A stretch of DNA of 32,000 nt from Patescibacteria group bacterium (GTDB lineage Bacteria; Patescibacteriota; UBA1384; XYA2-FULL-43-10), in the NCBI GenBank assembly GCA_041674405.1, contig JBAYVT010000005.1, positions 112,284-144,283 of the forward strand, written 5' to 3'. Shown here one piece after another: positions 9,823 to 17,745 of the stretch. A model generated the notes under the pieces. The model made no database searches and was not told the DNA's origin. It was given only the letters and a program-made list of their open reading frames with translations. Position 1 is the stretch's first letter; every line of letters starts with the position of its first letter. The translations under genes and the position numbers were made by a program.

Positions 9823-10902
9823 TTAGTCCTTCATATCTTTTAATAGGAATTGAGAAATTTCACAAAGCCCATCGTGTTTTATTGCTTTGCTACAATTTTG
9901 GCCAAGCGTTTGTAAATTTTTGTTATCTGACAATAAATATTCTATTCTATCCATCAAGGTTTTGCCATTTAAATTCTCTTCGCGCAGAAGAATAGCTGCA
10001 TTTGCCCTTTCAAAAAATTTCGCATTTTTAAGCTGATGGTCAGCCGATGCATAGCGATATGGAATCAAAATCGCTGCCTTAGATAGAGCAGCCAATTCAC
10101 CAATCGTATTCGCTCCTGCTCGGCAAATTATAAGATCAGAAGAAATCATTGCTTTCTCTCCCTTTTGCATCGAGAAATCAAAAAAATAATACTCACCATC
10201 CCGGTTTTCCAATGTTTCATTAATTTTGACTGCTTTTTCGTAGCTATGTCTCCCGACCTGATGAACAATATCATACTTCTTAAGAAGACTCGGCAAAATT
10301 TCAAAAATTAAGTTATTCATGCTCACTGCACCCTGGCTTCCACCAGTAATAAAAATTTGCGGTTTAGCATTGTAGGAAGTCTTGCGTTTCGTGTTCGAAA
10401 TAGACTTGCGAACTATTAAACCGGAATAAATCGCATTAGGGGGAAGTTTTTCAGAATATATCGAGAGTGGAAAACTTAAAAAAACTTTTGAGGCCCTGTT
10501 TAAAAACAGTTTATTGGTTAGGCCAATAATTGAATCTGATTCATGTAAAGAAAAGGGAATTCGAAGCAAATTTGCGTTTGACAACACTGGTAAGGCACAG
10601 AATCCACCCTTGGAAAATATACTTCTTGGCCTGAAATAAACGAGCAAAATAAAAGATTGAATAAAACCGACGATAAGCTTCAGCCCTTCCCAAAAGTTAA
10701 TTAGCGAGAAACGTCGGTGCAATTTTCCCGATAAGATTTTAATACTTTTAGTGTTTTTAAAAAGTTCCAATTCGATTTTTGAACCAGAATGAAAAATTAT
10801 TGGTTCCGCGCCATTCTCTCTCAACTCATCATATATTTCCAAAACTGGCAAGGCATGGCCTCCAGTACTTGAAGATATTAAAATTATTCGTTTTTTTCGC
10901 AT
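9823..10902 (-). CDS. murG: UDP-N-acetylglucosamine--N-acetylmuramyl-(pentapeptide) pyrophosphoryl-undecaprenol GlcNAc transferase MurG
   Basis: ORF track. SSTGGHALPVL, ITGGSQGAVSMN, ICRAGANTIGELAALSKAAILIPYRYASADHQ. Confidence 0.92.
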   Translation of the reverse strand: MRKKRIILISSSTGGHALPVLEIYDELRENGAEPIIFHSGSKIELELFKNTKSIKILSGKLHRRFSLINFWEGLKLIVGFIQSFILLVYFRPRSIFSKGGFCALPVLSNANLLRIPFSLHESDSIIGLTNKLFLNRASKVFLSFPLSIYSEKLPPNAIYSGLIVRKSISNTKRKTSYNAKPQIFITGGSQGAVSMNNLIFEILPSLLKKYDIVHQVGRHSYEKAVKINETLENRDGEYYFFDFSMQKGEKAMISSDLIICRAGANTIGELAALSKAAILIPYRYASADHQLKNAKFFERANAAILLREENLNGKTLMDRIEYLLSDNKNLQTLGQNCSKAIKHDGLCEISQFLLKDMKD

Positions 10903-10904
10903 GC

Positions 10905-12008
10905 TTAAGCCTCTTTAGAGATGTTAACCAGTATACCTGTTGCCGCCATTAAAAACAATAAGGACGAGCCTCCATAACTGATAAACGGAAGAGGAATTCC
11001 AGTAAGCGGAAGAATCGAAAGCATGGCACCGATATTGATGAATGCCTGCCAGAAAAACCATGTGGTAATTCCGATCGCCATTAAAGACGAAAATTTATCT
11101 GGAGCATTTTTAGCTATTTTATATCCGCGAAGTGCAACAAAACCAAAAATCAAAACAAATAAGGCACTGCGAAAAAAACCCAACTCCTCGGAAATGATTG
11201 CAAAAATAGAATCGGTATGGGCCTCGGGTAAATATAAATATTTCTGCCGGCTTTGCCCAAATCCCAAGCCAAACAATCCCCCAGATCCAACAGCAATTAG
11301 GGCGTTTCGAATGTGGTACCCAGCACCAGAAGCATCAGAGTTAGGATTGATAAATGCAGTCAGTCGTTCTAGCCGATATGGCTCAAGCTTAATTGCCAGA
11401 TAGACCAACAAGGCTCCTATTCCACCGCCAAATGCAATATTTTGCAACGAAACACCAGACATAAAAAACATTGCAGCGGCAATTCCCAACATAACCGTAA
11501 GAGTTCCAAGATCCTTCTGGACCAACATGATTAAAGAAATTACAATCATCACAATAAAAAATGGAATAGTCAAAGAATCAATTTCAGAATCCTTCTTTTT
11601 GGAAAACCAGCTTGCCAAATAAATTATTAATGTTATTTTTGCCATTTCAGCCGGCTGGAAAGAAGCTGTACCCAAACCTATCCAACGCTGCGCAGTATTT
11701 CCTTCTGAAAATCCTACAAAAATCGGTAATAACAGAAGCCCAATGGTAACATACAACATATATTTGCTATATTTTTCCCATACCCGGTAATCAATCGCCT
11801 GAAAAATTGTCCAGGTAATAAGGCCGAGTATAACAAACAGCACTTGCCTTGAAAGCCAATATTTGTCAGTAATGCCATTTGTGACCTGGAGAGAATAATA
11901 TTTGGAAACAGAATAAATCATGATAAGCCCAAATAAAACCAAGGCAAAAATCACGATTGATAACACATAATCAGATCTTTTTTTTCTGAAATTTACTCTG
12001 CTTTTCAT
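10905..12008 (-). CDS. ftsW: FtsW/RodA/SpoVE family lipid II polymerase/flippase-type protein
   Basis: ORF track. Polytopic membrane protein with LVQKDLGTL, GYHIRNALIAVGSGGLFGLGFGQS, PLPFISYGGSSLL; dcw context. Confidence 0.93.
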   Translation of the reverse strand: MKSRVNFRKKRSDYVLSIVIFALVLFGLIMIYSVSKYYSLQVTNGITDKYWLSRQVLFVILGLITWTIFQAIDYRVWEKYSKYMLYVTIGLLLLPIFVGFSEGNTAQRWIGLGTASFQPAEMAKITLIIYLASWFSKKKDSEIDSLTIPFFIVMIVISLIMLVQKDLGTLTVMLGIAAAMFFMSGVSLQNIAFGGGIGALLVYLAIKLEPYRLERLTAFINPNSDASGAGYHIRNALIAVGSGGLFGLGFGQSRQKYLYLPEAHTDSIFAIISEELGFFRSALFVLIFGFVALRGYKIAKNAPDKFSSLMAIGITTWFFWQAFINIGAMLSILPLTGIPLPFISYGGSSLLFLMAATGILVNISKEA

Positions 12009-13483
12009 TTGGCTTGAGCTATCATTTCTTTAAATTTATTCCCTCGATCTTTATAGTTTTTGAACATATCAAATGATGCGCATGCTGGTGAAAAAATGAT
12101 TATGCTACCCGGTTTTGCGATTCTCAAAGATTCAAAAATTGCTTTTTTAAAATCATGATTCGCGCAAACAATTTCACCAGGAAAATTATATTTTTCAAGG
12201 CTATTTTTGATTTTTTTAGCTTCGTCTCCAATAAGTACAACCCCGGCAACGTTGCCATGAACAATTTTTTCCGCAAGTTCATCAAAATTTGCTCCCTTGC
12301 TGCTGCCGCCTAAAATCAAAATTTTTTCTGAAGAAAAAGAATTTATGGCAGCCATTGTTGGATCCGGATTAGTAGCAAAAGAGTCATTGTATATTTTTAC
12401 ACCATTGATTTCCCGAACAAATTCGAGTCTGTGGGGCAAAGGATCAAAATTTTTTACACCATCTCTTATTTCGTCAATGCTAGCGCCGGCAAGCATAGAT
12501 GTAATAGAGGCAGCAGCCACATTTTCTAAATTGTGCCGACCGACTAATTTTATTTCATCAGATCCGCAAATAATCTCTTCTTTGTCATCGATTCGTAATA
12601 CAACCTCATACACATCATTTTGATCTTCTTTTGTTCGTAGTTTGGCATTTGGATTTTGCAGTTTTCTAATAAATGCGCCCTCATCCACCGAATTTTCACC
12701 TGAAAAATAGTACGTTTTTCCAGAAGTTAAGCTTGCAAACTCAAACGAAGTTAAATAATCCTGATTAATAACAGCAAAGTCATTTTTGTTTTGAAATTTT
12801 ACTATAGACTCTTTTGCTTCGTGATATTCATTTTCATCTTTGTGATAATCCAGATGGTCGATAGAAATATTTGTGATTACAGCTATATGTGGACTTAAAT
12901 TTAAGTCTTGAAGCTGGAAACTTGAAAGCTCTAAAATTGCTGTATCTACTTCGGAAATTTCATCAATTAATGAAATTGCCGGATGCCCAATATTTCCGGC
13001 AAAAAAAACTTTATTTATGTTTCCGGATTTTTGATCCCAAAGGGACTCCTTCGGGGTTTTCTTCTTTAATATATCGTATATCAAGGAAGCAGTGGTCCCC
13101 TTTCCCTTTGTCCCAGTTACTCCAATTATACTTGCCGGGCACAATTCAAAGAAAAGTTTAATCTGACTGGATATCTCGACGCCATTTGCTTTGGCTTCTT
13201 GAATTTCTGGGCTCAAATATGGAATCCCGGGAGAGCGGAATATGACATCAAAGCGTTTTAAATTAAATAAATATTCTTTACCAAAAATTTTCGAAAAAGT
13301 TGGATTGTCAAGAATTTCAGAAATTCCAGGAAGGTCCTGATTCTTCCGAAGATCATCTTCTTCCTTCTGGTCAAGCAGGGTTACACTTTCACACTTATTG
13401 ACAAGAAAAGCTGACAGGGCGACGCCCTCAATGCCCAAACCCAACACTGCCACCTTTTTGTCTTTAAAACGGAAGTTTTTCAT
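12005..13483 (-). CDS. murD: UDP-N-acetylmuramoylalanine--D-glutamate ligase MurD
   Basis: ORF track. GVTGTKGKGTTAS, ELSSFQL, NISIDHLDYH, LPHRLEF, YNDSFATNPDPTMAAI. Overlaps ftsW by 4 bp. Confidence 0.94.
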   Translation of the reverse strand: MKNFRFKDKKVAVLGLGIEGVALSAFLVNKCESVTLLDQKEEDDLRKNQDLPGISEILDNPTFSKIFGKEYLFNLKRFDVIFRSPGIPYLSPEIQEAKANGVEISSQIKLFFELCPASIIGVTGTKGKGTTASLIYDILKKKTPKESLWDQKSGNINKVFFAGNIGHPAISLIDEISEVDTAILELSSFQLQDLNLSPHIAVITNISIDHLDYHKDENEYHEAKESIVKFQNKNDFAVINQDYLTSFEFASLTSGKTYYFSGENSVDEGAFIRKLQNPNAKLRTKEDQNDVYEVVLRIDDKEEIICGSDEIKLVGRHNLENVAAASITSMLAGASIDEIRDGVKNFDPLPHRLEFVREINGVKIYNDSFATNPDPTMAAINSFSSEKILILGGSSKGANFDELAEKIVHGNVAGVVLIGDEAKKIKNSLEKYNFPGEIVCANHDFKKAIFESLRIAKPGSIIIFSPACASFDMFKNYKDRGNKFKEMIAQAK

Positions 13484-13527
13484 AGTTCTATTTTATCTCA
13501 AATTCACTTTATATTTAAGAGTAAACG

Positions 13528-14544
13528 CTATTTTCCAGTTCCAAGAAGGGCAATGACCAAGCCGGCAATCGTTGAGACAGCTCCAATAATCCAAAAACGC
13601 ATTGTGATCTTATATTCGGGCCACCCAATTGCTTCAAAATGATGGTGAATTGGCGATGATAAAAATATTTTTTTGCCATTGCGAAGCTTCTTCGATAAAA
13701 ATTGGACAATAAAACTTAAGCCCTCAATTGTAAAAATGAGCGTAATAATGGGAAGAACTATGACGGAATTAGTCAGAAAAGCAATTACGCCAAGGGTTAA
13801 TCCTAGTGCCATCGAACCCGTGTCTCCCATAAAAAACCTCGCTGGTGGAATATTGAACCACAAGAATGCCAAGAGTGCACCCATCACTGTGCCGCAAAAG
13901 GCAGCCAACTCTACCTTACCTTGTGTTAGGGCAATGACAGCATAGGCAAAATACGCTAAAGCGAAAATGCCACCAGCCAGCCCATCCAGGCCGTCAGTTT
14001 CATTTGATGAAAATGCCATCCACACCAACGCAATGATAAAGAGAGGAATGTACCAGGCCCCAATCACATAATCACCAAAACCGGGCACATGAATGCTGTC
14101 CCAGCCCAATTTTACATAAAACCACCAAGCGCCCGTTGCTGCAATTACCGCATATAATAAAAATTTGTCTCTAAATCGCATACCACCACCATTTGGTCCT
14201 TGTCCTCGAATGTTCATAAGGTCATCAACAGCCCCCACTATTCCGGTAGCAACAAGACAAAAAAGTGGTAACCAGGTTGCCGATCTTTCAAGATTAAAAA
14301 TTAGGGTAAGAAGTGCCGTAGTTACCCAAATCAAAATTCCTCCCATTGTAGGAGTTCCGGCCTTTTTGGCGTGGAGCGAAGCCATAATTGGCGCATTCTT
14401 ACTTTCTCGAATTCTTTTTCCGAGGTTATTTTTATACAAAAAATTTGTAAAAACCGGTGTCCAGGCTACCGCAATCAAAAAAGAGATCACCGATAACCAT
14501 AGAAGACGAGTGAGGTCCGGAATAAAAATTTTGATAATTTCCAT
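13528..14544 (-). CDS. mraY: Phospho-N-acetylmuramoyl-pentapeptide transferase MraY
   Basis: ORF track. KKAGTPTMGG, DDxxN-like DDLMNIRGQ, NETDGLDGLAGG, FNxxPARxFMGDTGSMALG, SPIHHHFEAIGWPE. Confidence 0.95.
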   Translation of the reverse strand: MEIIKIFIPDLTRLLWLSVISFLIAVAWTPVFTNFLYKNNLGKRIRESKNAPIMASLHAKKAGTPTMGGILIWVTTALLTLIFNLERSATWLPLFCLVATGIVGAVDDLMNIRGQGPNGGGMRFRDKFLLYAVIAATGAWWFYVKLGWDSIHVPGFGDYVIGAWYIPLFIIALVWMAFSSNETDGLDGLAGGIFALAYFAYAVIALTQGKVELAAFCGTVMGALLAFLWFNIPPARFFMGDTGSMALGLTLGVIAFLTNSVIVLPIITLIFTIEGLSFIVQFLSKKLRNGKKIFLSSPIHHHFEAIGWPEYKITMRFWIIGAVSTIAGLVIALLGTGK

Positions 14545-14600
14545 ATGTGATTCTCCTTTACCGATCCAATATATCAGAGGAACTAATCTTATGGAAGGGG

Positions 14601-16325
14601 TTAGTTCGAAGGTTTATTGGGCACTAGTTTATAATAATAATTTACTAAAAAATTTCCAATTTGCCCCCAAACCGGTGCCGAGGTTGACTCTGCATATGTC
14701 GCGGCTTTGGGTTTATCTAGCTTAACCAACATTACAAATCTCGGATCGTTTGCAGGAGCAAAACCCATGAATGAATGGTTGAAAATTCCCTCTTCATACC
14801 CCCCTTCTGGCTTAGGAACTTGGGCAGTTCCTGTTTTGACAGCAATTTCAACCCCGGGAATAGCTGCCTTTTGATCATGCCCTGTGGCAAAAACCGATTT
14901 TAACATTTCCGTCACTTGTGCTGCGGTTTCAGTTTTTACAACCTGCTTTCCTTCTGTTTTCTGAATCTGAGTTTCAGTGCCATCAGAATTAAGTATTTTA
15001 TCAACAACATGCGGGTAAATATATTTGCCCTTGTTGGCAATCGCAGTGTAGGCACAAACCATTTCAAGCGGAGTTACAGAAACACCCTGGCCAAATGCAA
15101 TAGTTGCCCGGTTAATATCCTGCCATTGCTTGAAAGGCGGGACAGAGCCTTCAACTTCCCCGTCAAGGTCTATGTTTGTTTTATTCAAAATATTAAATTC
15201 ATTTAAATATTTATAAATATTATCTTTACCTTCTTTTTCAGAAACCCACGCCATACCAATGTTATCTGAATTTTGAATGATCTGAGACATATTTTCTGTA
15301 CCAAACGCTTTCCCCTCCGCTGTATGAATTGTATATCCGCCAATCTCGACCTCGGATCCAAAAGTTTCTGTTGTGTCGGGAGTAACCGCACCGCTATCAA
15401 GCGCGCCTGCCATCGTGATCGGTTTCATAATGCTGCCAGGTTCATAGAGCCCGGAAATTGCCGGGTTCATAAAAATATTTGAATTGTCTTTTGCTACTAT
15501 TCGATATTGGTTCGGATCATAACCGGGTTCATTTGCCATGGCCACAATCCCGCCCGTCTTAACATCCATTATTATAATTGTTCCTGAATCGGCTTGATAT
15601 TTAGTGAGTGACTCTCTGAGCGTCCGCTCAACATAATACTGCACAGACCGATCTATAGTAAGGACATAACTGGTTCCATCCTTCGGATCCTTTTGTTCAA
15701 GAAGATTAATCACTCTCCCTAACGTGTCTTTTTCTCCAATGGTCTGCCCTGATGTTCCTTGCAGCTCTTTATCATAATGCCCCTCAAACCCATAATTTCC
15801 TTTTCCCTCAGCATTCACAAAACCAAGAAGCTGAGACGCCAAGGTTAATTCAGGATAATAACGGCTATATTCCGGCATAATAAAGACTCCGGAAAATTTT
15901 TTAGCCTTTATCTGATCCGAAAGTTCGTAACTCATACCCTTTTTAATTGGAGGAACGTACAATTTATCGTTATTGATCTCATCAAAAATTGTTTTACTAT
16001 CCACCCCGACCAGAGCACTGAGCTCATCCGCAGTTTTTTCCTTATCTATCACTTGTTTAGGCACAACCCAAAGGGAAAAAGATTTTACATCAAAAGCCAG
16101 CGGATAAAGAGAATCCTCTCCTCCGATTGAGTCGTGAACATAGATTCTTCCGCGTTGTGCGATATCAGTCGTCTCAAAACGTTGTTGGCCTTCTGCGAGT
16201 GCAATATATTCGCTGTGTTGCAAAATTTGTTTTTCAAACATCCGCCACAAAATCACCGCTACCATAATTACCGCGAGTACGCTAATAACTTTAAAGCGGT
16301 TTATCAATTTATTTTGTGAATTCAT
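14601..16325 (-). CDS. ftsI: Penicillin-binding protein 2 / FtsI-type transpeptidase
   Basis: ORF track. Single TM, GLYEPGSIMKPIT (SxxK), KTGTAQ, dcw position. Confidence 0.92.
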   Translation of the reverse strand: MNSQNKLINRFKVISVLAVIMVAVILWRMFEKQILQHSEYIALAEGQQRFETTDIAQRGRIYVHDSIGGEDSLYPLAFDVKSFSLWVVPKQVIDKEKTADELSALVGVDSKTIFDEINNDKLYVPPIKKGMSYELSDQIKAKKFSGVFIMPEYSRYYPELTLASQLLGFVNAEGKGNYGFEGHYDKELQGTSGQTIGEKDTLGRVINLLEQKDPKDGTSYVLTIDRSVQYYVERTLRESLTKYQADSGTIIIMDVKTGGIVAMANEPGYDPNQYRIVAKDNSNIFMNPAISGLYEPGSIMKPITMAGALDSGAVTPDTTETFGSEVEIGGYTIHTAEGKAFGTENMSQIIQNSDNIGMAWVSEKEGKDNIYKYLNEFNILNKTNIDLDGEVEGSVPPFKQWQDINRATIAFGQGVSVTPLEMVCAYTAIANKGKYIYPHVVDKILNSDGTETQIQKTEGKQVVKTETAAQVTEMLKSVFATGHDQKAAIPGVEIAVKTGTAQVPKPEGGYEEGIFNHSFMGFAPANDPRFVMLVKLDKPKAATYAESTSAPVWGQIGNFLVNYYYKLVPNKPSN

Positions 16326-16326
16326 A

Positions 16327-16689
16327 TTATCTAAGAGCCACTGCCCTGTTTGCTTCGTTCAAATAATCAACACTGGTTACCGGGGTCATTGGCTGTTTTT
16401 CAATATTCGCATCGATTTGATTCAATGAATTCAGCCTGGCTTTTTCAACCTCCAGCTGTTCTTTTTGGAGTTCTAGGTCAGTTGATTTGCTAGTAAGATC
16501 ACGAATCTCAATACTCCTGTTTGCCCCAGCCGTTGATTGGGTCAAATATACTATTGCAAGGATGGCAAAAATAGCAATACTGATAAATTTTATAGCTGTA
16601 GAACCGATTTTTATTTCTTTTTTAATCGCTCTCTTTTTGACACCAACACTGGTCTCACGGCTACCTGTGATAGTTAAAATTCTGCCCAC
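16327..16689 (-). CDS. Small single-pass membrane protein, FtsL-like. The start is revised to GTG at 16689 rather than the track start at 16791.
   Basis: One TM segment followed by a coiled-coil-like stretch (SIEIRDLTSKSTDLELQKEQLEVEKARLNSL). AAAGGAGATTTC Shine-Dalgarno immediately before GTG at 16689; no SD before the 16791 start. Directly upstream of ftsI. Confidence 0.6.
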   Translation of the reverse strand: MGRILTITGSRETSVGVKKRAIKKEIKIGSTAIKFISIAIFAILAIVYLTQSTAGANRSIEIRDLTSKSTDLELQKEQLEVEKARLNSLNQIDANIEKQPMTPVTSVDYLNEANRAVALR

Positions 16690-16705
16690 GAAATCTCCTT
16701 TTGTT

Positions 16706-16901
16706 TTGGATTTTAATTTTTTAGTCAGCAGCCAAATTTTTGTTTTTGATAGTATCGCTTTTGAAATTTCGCTGTTTGTTTGAAAATCCACTTTAGATCG
16801 TGGAGATCATGCCTTTGCCCCTCCTTTGTCCTCCTCCGTATCCCAAACGAGAACGGGCGTAAGCTTTTTTGGTGGCTGCTGACTAAAAACTTAAAATCCA
16901 A
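16706..16901. repeat. 29-bp inverted repeat pair (28/29 identical) with 138-bp spacer between mraZ and the ftsL-like gene
   Basis: 16706-16734 ttggattttaattttttagtcagcagcca; the reverse complement of 16873-16901 is ttggattttaagtttttagtcagcagcca. Confidence 0.9.
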
Positions 16902-17322
16902 TTTCGGAAAGATTTTCGGCAATATCATCCGAATTATCTTCCATTTCTTTTTTAAAGTTCTTCCAAGTATCTTCTGGCCATACTTCGATTCTGTTAAACA
17001 CTCCCGCAACAACGGCTTTAGTCTTGATCCCAGCATATTCCTTGAGGTATCCCGGGAGAATAATTCTGCCGGCGCGATCCAGTTTTGAATCTGTAGCTCC
17101 GGAAAGCATGAGCCTTGAAAAGCTTCGGGCATTTTTTTGTGTGAGCGGTAATTCTGCGATCTTACCCGCCAACTTTTCCCACTCGGCGATGGAATATATC
17201 CACAGGCAATGATCTAAGCCACGAGTAACCACGCACCCCTCCGAAAGCGATGCACGAAATTTGGCCGGTATTGAGAGCCTGCCTTTTTCATCAATCGAGT
17301 GTGTGAATTCGCCAATGAACAT
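16891..17322 (-). CDS. mraZ: Transcriptional regulator MraZ
   Basis: ORF track. MFIGEFTHSIDEKGRLSIPAKFR, LDRAGRIILPGYLKEYAGI (two SpoVT/AbrB-like repeats). Confidence 0.95.
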   Translation of the reverse strand: MFIGEFTHSIDEKGRLSIPAKFRASLSEGCVVTRGLDHCLWIYSIAEWEKLAGKIAELPLTQKNARSFSRLMLSGATDSKLDRAGRIILPGYLKEYAGIKTKAVVAGVFNRIEVWPEDTWKNFKKEMEDNSDDIAENLSEIGF

Positions 17323-17343
17323 GTTAGAAAATTTCCAATGATT

Positions 17344-17371
17344 AAAAGCTGAAAGCTACAAGCTGACAGCT
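17344..17371. repeat. Four tandem heptads in the mraZ 5' UTR
   Basis: Minus strand: AGCTGTC AGCTTGT AGCTTTC AGCTTTT. 7-nt period, AGCT invariant. Confidence 0.75.
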
Positions 17372-17526
17372 GATTTTCGTTGACACGAAAACCAAGGCCC
17401 TCTCTTTGCCTGTAGGTTGTGAAGTTGCATTTTTGTTTACCTCGAGAGACTTTGTCTCGAGAGGTTGAATTTTTGTTTTTTGATATTTTCTGTGAGCTTT
17501 TGTGGAATGCTTCTGTGATCGATTAC

Positions 17527-17551
17527 TCCCACTTTTTCCCACTTGTTCCCA
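17527..17551 (-). promoter_or_regulatory. MraZ-binding box array
   Basis: Minus strand TGGGAACAAG TGGGAAAAAG TGGGA: three TGGGA motifs at exact 10-bp spacing. Matches the known MraZ operator organisation (TGGGN direct repeats), immediately downstream of the -10. Confidence 0.85.
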
Positions 17552-17579
17552 TTTTAGTCCGATATATATTGCTGGTCAA
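17551..17579 (-). promoter_or_regulatory. Promoter for mraZ / dcw operon
   Basis: Minus strand TTGACC (17579-17574), 17-nt spacer, TAAAAT (17556-17551). Confidence 0.8.
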
Positions 17580-17745
17580 TATAAAAAGCCCACAAATTTC
17601 CAAAAATCTGTGGATAATATATGCTACGAGCTAATTCATTAGTCTGGATTTATATTTTTAAAAAAGATTCTATTACCGGAATATTATCTTCAATTAAAAA
17701 ATTATCAAATTTTTACTTACAATTTTGACTTTTGAGTTTGAGAAA

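Noticed and set aside
14580-14607. GAACTAATC...GGTTAGTTC hairpin between ftsI and mraY
   Set aside because: Short, contains a wobble pair, and overlaps the ftsI stop. No T tract; insufficient to call a terminator or regulatory element.
14165-14725. Track ORF, 186 aa plus, antisense to mraY
   Set aside because: Antisense shadow ORF over a confidently assigned mraY; composition-driven.
16725-17132. Track ORF, 135 aa minus, overlapping mraZ and the ftsL-like gene
   Set aside because: Overlaps well-supported mraZ in another frame, crosses the inverted repeat, and the translation has no family features. Probably fortuitous.
17342-17542. Track ORF, 66 aa minus in the mraZ leader
   Set aside because: Contains the heptad array and hairpins, with no convincing SD. 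Low-confidence leader ORF at best, not called.
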